This document shows, piece by piece, positions 8,529-15,358 of a stretch of DNA of 32,000 nt. Under the pieces are notes generated by a model that saw only the letters and a list, made by a program, of their open reading frames with translations, was not told where the DNA came from and did no database searches. Positions within the stretch are counted from its first letter, which is position 1, and every line of letters begins with the position of its first letter. The position numbers and the translations under genes were made by a program. Source of the DNA: an uncultured bacterium (GTDB lineage: Bacteria; Patescibacteriota; Gracilibacteria; UBA1369; PNNO01). Location of the stretch: the NCBI GenBank assembly GCA_963704705.1, contig OY969931.1:960001-992000 (forward strand). Reading direction: 5' to 3'.

Positions 8529-9830
8529 TTAAAAATTAAATTCTTCTGAATGGATCATATCCGATGGTACACCTTTTTCTATGAATTGATTTTTCATCAC
8601 ATTAATCATAATTGGAGGTGCACAAATAAAAATGTCTTTATTTTTTAAATCACCTAATTCTGATTCAATATAATCGGCATCAATACGGCCTTTATGTTCT
8701 GAACAAAACAATTGTAATCTTAAATTCATACTTGGATTTTGAGCTATATTATTAAGTGAATTTAAATATACAGCTTCTTTTGGATTCTTAACGCAATAAA
8801 ACAAATCTATATTATAAGATTCATTTTGCTTCAATGATTCAGCCATTGATATAAAAGGGGTAATACCAATACCGCCACCAATCCAAATTTGATTTTTATT
8901 TATAGAATTTAAATATGAAAATTCTCCATAAGGACCTTCAATTAAAGCTGTGTCTCCTATTTTAAGCTTATCTAGTTTAGCTGTATAATCACCCATATTT
9001 TTAATTGCCAATTTTAGTTCAGGATCTTTGATTCCCGAAACAATACTAAAAGGATGGCTCTCGGCTCCTAAAGCACTGTGCGGAAATTGTAAAAAAATAA
9101 ATTGACCAGGTTTAAAAGAAAAATTCGATTTATTCGCTTTTAAAGAAATTTCAATTATTAAATCATTAAGTTTTGTGATTTTAATGATTTTAAATTTAAA
9201 ACGTTTAACCAAAAATTTGCCGAGTAAAGTTCTATAAATAAAAGCTAATAAAGCCAATCCTACTAACGAAAGCATGTATATTCGCAATGGTAAAAATCGC
9301 GAAGTGTCACTTGGAATCATCCATATATGAAGACCCCCCAAAAACAATGCCAAACCTAAAAATTTATGAGTCCATTTCCAAATATTATAACGAGGTCTTA
9401 AAAATAAAGTCAGAATTATTAAAATAATCAATAATCCCAATGAAAAGATCCCCCAATTAAAATTCCAGTTTGAACCAGGAAGTAAAAATGCCGCAGCACT
9501 ACTAAATGATGGCGCATACTGCGGTAACAGAAGAAGTGGATGGAAAAGTAATAAAATTAATGCTAATTGGCCCAATTGATTGTGACGATCGTAAACTTTA
9601 TTTATTCCATTAAAAAATTTTTCAAATATCTTTAACCTGGCACTTAAAAAAAGTGTTAAAGCAAACATAGCTGTCCCGGTTAGAGCCGCTATCTGAGCAA
9701 AATTTAAAAAAAACTGCGAAAAATTACTAAAACGTGGAATTAAAGCTGGAGAAAAAAACCATAAAACTATTGGAAATAAAGATAAAATCCAAATTATAAA
9801 CCACCCTGTTTTATTTTTATTTAAAGTCAT
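8529..9830 (-). CDS. Ferric-reductase/NOX-like flavocytochrome (6-TM bis-heme FRD domain, FAD-binding and NAD(P)H-binding domains)
   Basis: His pairs in TM helices (RHNQLGQLALILLLFH and THKFLGLALFLGGLH). FAD motif HPFSI. NAD(P) motif GGGIGITPF. C-terminal FICAPPIM (CGP-type motif). Confidence 0.85.
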   Translation of the reverse strand: MTLNKNKTGWFIIWILSLFPIVLWFFSPALIPRFSNFSQFFLNFAQIAALTGTAMFALTLFLSARLKIFEKFFNGINKVYDRHNQLGQLALILLLFHPLLLLPQYAPSFSSAAAFLLPGSNWNFNWGIFSLGLLIILIILTLFLRPRYNIWKWTHKFLGLALFLGGLHIWMIPSDTSRFLPLRIYMLSLVGLALLAFIYRTLLGKFLVKRFKFKIIKITKLNDLIIEISLKANKSNFSFKPGQFIFLQFPHSALGAESHPFSIVSGIKDPELKLAIKNMGDYTAKLDKLKIGDTALIEGPYGEFSYLNSINKNQIWIGGGIGITPFISMAESLKQNESYNIDLFYCVKNPKEAVYLNSLNNIAQNPSMNLRLQLFCSEHKGRIDADYIESELGDLKNKDIFICAPPIMINVMKNQFIEKGVPSDMIHSEEFNF

Positions 9831-9846
9831 TGAATTTTATACTTAT

Positions 9847-10215
9847 TTAAAACATATCTTCGAGATCCATCACTACCCATTGATCTGATGTATCCGGTTT
9901 ACGTTTAAGTTTTATTTCTATAATAGGCCTTGAAAGCTGTTCAAAACTTTTACTATGCCCGCCTCCAACAACACGAACTGTTTTAACAATGCGTGTAATT
10001 TCAAAATCCATTCTGTTTAAATTAAATTCCACAACACGTTGTTCCCCTATTTCAACCTCTTCTCTTCCAAGGTCAATAAATAAAGGACTAGTTTCATCTT
10101 TAACGATATCAGCACCTGCTGCTTTTACTCTTTTAATTATTTCTTCAAAACGATCTTCCGCTGCAGAGCCTGCGGTATCATCAATTTCTCTCATTGGTTT
10201 GTCATCTGAATGCAC
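9847..10215 (-). CDS. Hypothetical small acidic cytoplasmic protein, first gene of the NOX-like operon
   Basis: 122-aa ORF with GTG start at 10215 (alternative ATG at about 10194). Ends 16 nt before the FRD gene. Visibly higher GC than its neighbours. I recognise no motif. Confidence 0.6.
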   Translation of the reverse strand: MHSDDKPMREIDDTAGSAAEDRFEEIIKRVKAAGADIVKDETSPLFIDLGREEVEIGEQRVVEFNLNRMDFEITRIVKTVRVVGGGHSKSFEQLSRPIIEIKLKRKPDTSDQWVVMDLEDMF

Positions 10216-10233
10216 GATATAAGGGGTTAAAAT

Positions 10234-10307
10234 TGGCTGGGGATGAGGGATTCGAACCCCCGATCACGGGACCAGAACCCGTTGCCTTACCACTTGGCCA
10301 ATCCCCA
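10234..10307 (-). tRNA. tRNA-Gln (anticodon CUG), CCA encoded
   Basis: Reverse complement reads TGGGGATTGGCCAAGTGGTAAGGCAACGGGTTCTGGTCCCGTGATCGGGGGTTCGAATCCCTCATCCCCAGCCA. Acceptor TGGGGAT/ATCCCCA, anticodon stem ACGGG/CCCGT with loop TTCTGGT, T-arm GGGGGTTCGAATCCCTC. The 5' half closely resembles E. coli tRNA-Gln. Confidence 0.9.
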
Positions 10308-10310
10308 CTG

Positions 10311-10916
10311 TTAATTACTAATTGTTACAATTTCATCCAAAATCACTTTTTCAACATCATGTACGCATTTTGATATTTGATTGTTCAAACTTGGAATCTG
10401 ATAATCGCTGATTTCCCCTCCTATTTCAAACTCCCGTTCAGCGCTTTCCATTCTTCTTTTTATCTCTTCTTCGGGTAGTTTACCACGTTTTTGGATTCGA
10501 TCAATTAAATCCTTTTTATTAGGTACAGTTAGAAATATTGAAACCAAATTATTTTTCGGGATTACTTTTTGAATAGATTCCAATCCCTGCATATCTACTT
10601 CTCTTATGATAATTCTTCCCTGCTTAAGAGCTTCAATAATCGGAGCCTTTATTGTTCCATAATATTCTTCCTGGTGCACAATGGCATATTCCAATAAATC
10701 CTTTTCTTCTATCATTTTTTCAAATTCTTTTCTTGAAATGAAATGATATGTTTCACCATCTTTCTCTCCTGGACGCGGATCTCGTGTTGTTGCTGAAATC
10801 GGATATATCCATTCAGGATGAAGTTTCTTTAAATGGCTTATAACAGTACCTTTTCCAACACCCGAAGGTCCTGCGATAATAAATAATTTTCCGGTTAAGT
10901 CAGTATCTTCAATCAT
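10311..10916 (-). CDS. gmk: Guanylate kinase
   Basis: P-loop GPSGVGKGT, TTRDPRPGEKDGETYHF, EYAIVHQEEYYGT. The stop lies 3 nt from the tRNA-Gln 5' end. Confidence 0.95.
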   Translation of the reverse strand: MIEDTDLTGKLFIIAGPSGVGKGTVISHLKKLHPEWIYPISATTRDPRPGEKDGETYHFISRKEFEKMIEEKDLLEYAIVHQEEYYGTIKAPIIEALKQGRIIIREVDMQGLESIQKVIPKNNLVSIFLTVPNKKDLIDRIQKRGKLPEEEIKRRMESAEREFEIGGEISDYQIPSLNNQISKCVHDVEKVILDEIVTISN

Positions 10917-10974
10917 ATAATTAAATTATTAGCTTTTTTATTATAAATACTTTAAAAAAAATTGCCAGTGTGTA

Positions 10975-11003
10975 TTGAATTTTCCCCTTTTTAATGCTAT
11001 AAT
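10975..11003 (+). promoter_or_regulatory. Sigma-70-type promoter (TTGAAT - 17 nt - TATAAT) pointing into the non-coding region
   Basis: Sequence gtgtaTTGAATtttcccctttttaatgcTATAATgtaaag. It has a perfect -10 and optimal 17-nt spacing. No protein gene lies downstream on the + strand. Confidence 0.4.
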
Positions 11004-11009
11004 GTAAAG

Positions 11010-11548
11010 ATTTTATGATATTTGAAATACAGAAACAAATACGCACATTAAAACAAAAGCCGGGAGAGAGCGGATTATGAAGCCATTTCATAATCTTTCC
11101 CCTCCTTACTTTTCGATGGCAGCCGGCTACTGCCACTTGAGAAGTATTCTCCTTTATTAGGCCTTTACGGCCTAATATAAGGTAGCTTCTTTGATTCACA
11201 AAAATCAAAAACAAAAGAAACAAAAAAAATTGCTCCATATTTATATGGGCAACCAAAACAAAAACACAAAAAAAGACGATGGTGGATCCGTCAAAAAATA
11301 ATCCATCCAAAGAACGGTAAGGAGATGGTCTTAATTTAAGTTTTCTTAAAAGACCACCCGTAACAAGACATTTTAGTCGAACTTGTTACACCGCTCTCTG
11401 ATCCCATAGCGTCCCAGTTACTTTAAGTAATTGATGTGGCACTATGAGAGATTAAAGAGCTATATGTTGAGGCGTACCTCACACTTCTGCATCTCCACCG
11501 CTTAACGCGGCCTTGCATGTGTAAAAGGGGTGCGCCTCAAAATTTTTA
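11010..11548. ncRNA. Candidate large structured non-coding RNA of unknown class (strand unresolved)
   Basis: GC-enriched island in an AT-rich genome carrying at least 10 clean stem-loops. Examples: 11073-79/11089-95, 11118-22/11130-34, 11139-43/11147-51, 11156-63/11169-76, 11326-32/11350-56, 11361-67/11382-88, 11394-11409/11442-50, and a long multi-helix hairpin closed by 11467-74/11533-40. The stem-loops are separated by A-rich (+ strand) linkers. Details are in the findings. Confidence 0.4.
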
Positions 11549-12112
11549 TGCTTTGCCTAAAGTTTTATCCCCTTCTTTCCAACCCACAGGACATAAATCA
11601 CCTGTCTGAAAGGCTTTTATTAATCTGATTAATTCATCAATGTTTCTGCCGATATTTAAATCATTTACCGTATAAGATTTTAGAATTCCTTCCGGATCGA
11701 TAATAAATGCGCCTCTTAAACTTATGCCTTTTTCAGGTTCCAAAACATTATACGAGTGACTTACAAATTTTGTAATATCACTTAACAATGGATAATTTAA
11801 TTCTCCAATGTCAGTTTTTGACCAGGCTTCATGTGAATAAACACTATCCACACTAACCCCAAGAATCTGGCAATTAACTTCTTTAAACTCTTTGTGTTTT
11901 TTACTTAATTCAACAAGTTCAGTTGGACAAACAAAAGTAAAATCAAGCGGGTAAAAGAAAAGTAAAACCCACTGACCTTTGTAATCATCCAAATGATAAT
12001 TTTTCATACTCCCCTTAAAAAAACCTTCCATTTTAAATTTTGGAGCAAGTTTTCCTATTTGGAGACAACAATCAGATTCACAACATGAATCTTCATCATT
12101 ACAACATCCCAT
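11546..12112 (-). CDS. Typical 2-Cys peroxiredoxin (AhpC/Tsa family) with an unusual Cys-rich N-terminal extension
   Basis: IGKLAPKF, peroxidatic FTFVCPTE, resolving-Cys region GDLCPVGW. The N-terminus is MGCCNDEDSCCESDCC. Confidence 0.9.
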   Translation of the reverse strand: MGCCNDEDSCCESDCCLQIGKLAPKFKMEGFFKGSMKNYHLDDYKGQWVLLFFYPLDFTFVCPTELVELSKKHKEFKEVNCQILGVSVDSVYSHEAWSKTDIGELNYPLLSDITKFVSHSYNVLEPEKGISLRGAFIIDPEGILKSYTVNDLNIGRNIDELIRLIKAFQTGDLCPVGWKEGDKTLGKA

Positions 12113-12142
12113 AATAGCTTTGGTTAAATAATAATAGAAATA

Positions 12143-12159
12143 TTAAGAATTGTTCTTAA
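12143..12159. promoter_or_regulatory. Perfect inverted repeat TTAAGAA-ttg-TTCTTAA, candidate operator in the divergent prx/flavodoxin control region
   Basis: 7-bp arms with a 3-nt spacer, about 30 bp upstream of the peroxiredoxin ATG and about 40 bp upstream of the flavodoxin -35. Confidence 0.3.
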
Positions 12160-12199
12160 CTAAGATTTTAATATATCAAGTCAAAAATATCAATAAAAC

Positions 12200-12228
12200 T
12201 TGACCTCATTATATATAAAACATACTAT
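12200..12228 (+). promoter_or_regulatory. Putative promoter of the flavodoxin-OFOR operon (TTGACC - 17 nt - TACTAT)
   Basis: Hexamers and spacing read directly from the sequence. The ATG follows at 12250. Confidence 0.4.
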
Positions 12229-12249
12229 TATAAAAGATAAACAAATTTT

Positions 12250-12693
12250 ATGGCCTCAGTATTAATTATATTTGGAAGTACAGGTGGCAACACCGAACTT
12301 GTAACAGATAAAGTTACTGAGATTTTAACATCAAAAAAACATAAAGTTACTGTTCAACGAGCGGAATTAACAAACGAATCAGACCTGACAAAGTTCAAAT
12401 ATATAATTTTGTGTTCTTCAACATATGGACAAGGACTCTTACAGGAATACATGCGTAAATTTATGTATGAACTAAAATCGTTAAAGGGGAAAAAATGTGC
12501 TGTAATAGGGCTTGGTGACCCAAAATATAATATTGAATATGTAGTTGAAGCTGCGAAAATACTTGAAAATGATGTTAAAGAAAAAGGCGGAGAACTTTTA
12601 CAAACAGCTCTTCGAATTATAAAATCCCCTGTGCCCCATTTAGATACAATGGTTAAAGACTGGGCTGAAAAATTATCTAAGTTACTTAAATAA
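12250..12693 (+). CDS. Short-chain flavodoxin
   Basis: 147 aa. FMN phosphate loop IIFGSTGGNTE. STYGQG and GLGD motifs. The stop abuts the next ATG (12694). Confidence 0.85.
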   Translation: MASVLIIFGSTGGNTELVTDKVTEILTSKKHKVTVQRAELTNESDLTKFKYIILCSSTYGQGLLQEYMRKFMYELKSLKGKKCAVIGLGDPKYNIEYVVEAAKILENDVKEKGGELLQTALRIIKSPVPHLDTMVKDWAEKLSKLLK

Positions 12694-14442
12694 ATGAAAA
12701 GAACCGTTATAAAAATTGCAGGTGAAAGTGGTATGGGTCTACTAAGTGTGGGCCAGATAATCTCAAAAGCCCTAAAAGATTTAGGTTATTATGTTGTTTC
12801 AGATCGCGAATTCCCATCATTAATTAAAGGTGGTTATTCAAATGTGCAAATTGACTTTAGTACTGAAGAAATTCGAAGTCTTTCAGAAAAAGTAGATATT
12901 GTTGTTGCTTTGGATCGTCATGGCCTCGTAGAATACATTGATGATATAAAAAAAGGCGGAATACTAATTCACGGATATGAAAGACATCAACTGGTTCCGG
13001 AATTAAAAGAGAAATGTAAAAAAAGAGGAGTTAAAATTTATTATTTACCTGCGCGTGAAATTGCATACGGCCTCGGGGGCAGCAGTTTAATGGTTAATAT
13101 GGTATTAATGGGGCTTTTATGGAGAATGCTTGGATTTGATTTAAAAGAGGTTGAAGATGATGTTATAAGAAAATTTAAATCTAAACCAAAATTATTAGAA
13201 ATTGATCTTAAATGTATCAAGTATGGTTACAATCCAAAAAATCACATGAAAACTGTACCGCAATTGAAGATTAAAAAACCTAATAAAAAACTTAAAAAAA
13301 TATTAATTGATGGAACAACAGCGATTTCGCTTGGGGCAATACAAGGTGGAATGAGAGCGTATTATGCTTATCCGATGAGTCCTTCTAGTGGTATTTTAAC
13401 ATATATTGCTGCAACTTCTCATGAAACAGGTGTAATTGTTAAACAGGCTGAAGATGAAATTACTGCTGCACAACTTGCAATGGGATCAATGCATGTTGGC
13501 TGCCGTGCAATGGTGGCAACTTCAGGTGGCGGATTTGATTTAATGACTGAGTCTGTTTCTTGTTCCGGTATAACCGAAACACCTTTAGTAATAATAATTG
13601 GACAAAGACCCGGGCCCGGCACAGGTTTACCTACCTGGACTTGTCAGGCAGATTTGGATTTGGCAATAAATGCTGGGCATGGAGAACATCCAAGAATCGT
13701 GTTAGCTTGTGGTGACCCTATAAGTTCATATGAATTAATACAACATGCATTCAATTTTGCAGAAGAATATCAGACTCCTACAATTGTACTAAGTGAAAAG
13801 CATGTATATGACTGCCACATGACAGTTGATCATTTTAAACATAAATTGATTCCAATTAAACGTGGCTTGATTACAAAACAATCAGAATTAGCTAAATTAC
13901 AACCTTCTGACAGATATAAATTAACTGAATCAGGCGTATCACCACGCTGGGTGCCTGGAACAAGCAAGGCTCATTACCATGCAAACAGTGATGAACACGA
14001 AACTGACGGGACTATAACAGAAGAATCCGGACCAGTTATAGAAATGATTCAAAAAAGACATATAAGAAAATTTGAAACAATTAAAAAGAATTTACCTGAA
14101 CCGCGAATTTTTGGAGTAAAGAAAGGTGCAGATATTTCTTTTATTGGCTGGGGAAGTTCAATGAATGCGATGAGAGATGCAATTAATGCACAAAAGAAAA
14201 GAGGCAAAAATGTTAATTATATGCACTTTGATTTCGTGTGGCCAATTAAGGATAAAGCCGCGCTTAAATTCTTTAAAGAAAATAAAAACGTACATTTAAT
14301 TGAAGGGAACCTTCACGGACAACTTGGAAGATTGATTGAATCTCAAACAGGACAAAAATTTAAATCTAAATTCTTAAAATATGACGGCAGACCATTTTAT
14401 TTTGAAGACGTCATGAATTACATTGATAAACGCATAAAATAA
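12694..14442 (+). CDS. 2-oxoacid:ferredoxin/flavodoxin oxidoreductase, fused gamma-alpha subunit
   Basis: N-terminal gamma-like IKIAGESGMGLLSVGQI. Then alpha domain I GTTAISLGAIQGGMRAYYAYPMSPSS, ATSGGGFDLM, GPGTGLPT. 2-oxoacid specificity (pyruvate, oxoglutarate or other) cannot be determined. Confidence 0.9.
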   Translation: MKRTVIKIAGESGMGLLSVGQIISKALKDLGYYVVSDREFPSLIKGGYSNVQIDFSTEEIRSLSEKVDIVVALDRHGLVEYIDDIKKGGILIHGYERHQLVPELKEKCKKRGVKIYYLPAREIAYGLGGSSLMVNMVLMGLLWRMLGFDLKEVEDDVIRKFKSKPKLLEIDLKCIKYGYNPKNHMKTVPQLKIKKPNKKLKKILIDGTTAISLGAIQGGMRAYYAYPMSPSSGILTYIAATSHETGVIVKQAEDEITAAQLAMGSMHVGCRAMVATSGGGFDLMTESVSCSGITETPLVIIIGQRPGPGTGLPTWTCQADLDLAINAGHGEHPRIVLACGDPISSYELIQHAFNFAEEYQTPTIVLSEKHVYDCHMTVDHFKHKLIPIKRGLITKQSELAKLQPSDRYKLTESGVSPRWVPGTSKAHYHANSDEHETDGTITEESGPVIEMIQKRHIRKFETIKKNLPEPRIFGVKKGADISFIGWGSSMNAMRDAINAQKKRGKNVNYMHFDFVWPIKDKAALKFFKENKNVHLIEGNLHGQLGRLIESQTGQKFKSKFLKYDGRPFYFEDVMNYIDKRIK

Positions 14443-14443
14443 T

Positions 14444-15358
14444 ATGCCAACAAACGATATAAAATCAGTATTAAACGGACTTTCTCAAAAAAAAGACTCA
14501 TATGTGAGATTTGTTAACGATGAAGTAATAACGTGGTGCAGCGGTTGCGGAAATTATCAAATTCAAAACGCATTAAAACGAGCTTTAACATTAGAAAGTT
14601 ATACTCCTGATAAAGTAATGATGAGTTTTGATATCGGATGTAATGGAAACGGAGCTGATAAAATCGCAGTGAATACTTTCCACGGACTTCATGGTCGTGC
14701 TTTACCTCTTGGTGCCGGAGCTTCTATGGGAAACACTAAATTAAAAGTTATCGCATCTGCTGGTGATGGCGGGACAATGAGTGAAGGTATCAATCATTTG
14801 ATTCATTGTATGCGCAGTGAGTACCCAATGATGTTTATTTTGCATAATAACCACAATTACGGCCTCACAACTGGTCAGGCATCTGCATGTACTCCAAAAG
14901 GTTATCCAATGAACGGATCACCAGATGGGCAACTTTTAGAGCCGATGAATCCCAGCGAATTTGTTTTAAATTTAAATCCTTCTTTTGTTGCAAGATCTTT
15001 TAGCGGAGATATTAAACATATGACAAGAATGTTTAGGAAAGCATTAAATCATAAGGGTTTTGCATTTGTTGAAGTTTTACAAACATGTCCAACTTACAAT
15101 AAAGCAACACCTCAGGAATGGTATTGGGAAAGAATTAAATATTTGGAAGATGTTAAGGGCTGGAATGCAAATAATTTGGAAAAAGCAAAACAATATATTA
15201 AAGATTACGAAAAAAATATTTACTTAGGTTTATTTTATGAAAATAAAAACGCAGTAGACTATGTTCATAAATTACCTTATTTAAGCGATTATCAAGGTAA
15301 CCCTGCTGATGAAGTAAAACATTTTGATATAAGTAAGCTTCTTAAAAAGTTTGAGTAA
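14444..15358 (+). CDS. 2-oxoacid:ferredoxin/flavodoxin oxidoreductase, beta (TPP-binding) subunit
   Basis: WCSGCGNY, DIGCNGN, the TPP motif SAGDGG...NNHNYGLTTGQ. Confidence 0.9.
   Translation: MPTNDIKSVLNGLSQKKDSYVRFVNDEVITWCSGCGNYQIQNALKRALTLESYTPDKVMMSFDIGCNGNGADKIAVNTFHGLHGRALPLGAGASMGNTKLKVIASAGDGGTMSEGINHLIHCMRSEYPMMFILHNNHNYGLTTGQASACTPKGYPMNGSPDGQLLEPMNPSEFVLNLNPSFVARSFSGDIKHMTRMFRKALNHKGFAFVEVLQTCPTYNKATPQEWYWERIKYLEDVKGWNANNLEKAKQYIKDYEKNIYLGLFYENKNAVDYVHKLPYLSDYQGNPADEVKHFDISKLLKKFE

Noticed and set aside
11050-11075. + strand ACAAAAGCCGGGAGAGAGCGG resembles the 3' end of the ykkC (guanidine-I/ppGpp/PRPP) riboswitch aptamer (ACAAAAGCCCGGGAGAG)
   Set aside because: The upstream sequence lacks the other conserved ykkC blocks (CUAGGGUUCCG, GGUCCGAGAG) and is AT-rich promoter DNA. 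No regulated gene follows on the + strand.
10921-11310. 129-aa ORF from the track covering much of the gmk-prx intergenic region
   Set aside because: The predicted protein is low-complexity (FFLFLLFLIF) and has no recognisable motif. The ORF stays open because the minus strand here is T-rich, so it lacks the A needed for stop codons, and then GC-rich and structured. It also spans a hairpin plus U7 terminator. Only its last 56 codons are kept, as a speculative uORF in the findings.
10917-11548. Tried to identify the structured region as RNase P RNA, tmRNA, SRP RNA or 6S RNA
   Set aside because: There are short resemblances: GCAAGGCC, CAGAGAGC, CCCGGCUU, GGAGGGGAAAGA, and CCACCA before a U-run. 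They occur in the wrong order or spacing for RNase P. There is no GGAAAGUCC, no tRNA-like T-arm or acceptor for tmRNA, and no SRP domain IV motif. The similarity is treated as chance, and the class is left unassigned pending cmsearch.
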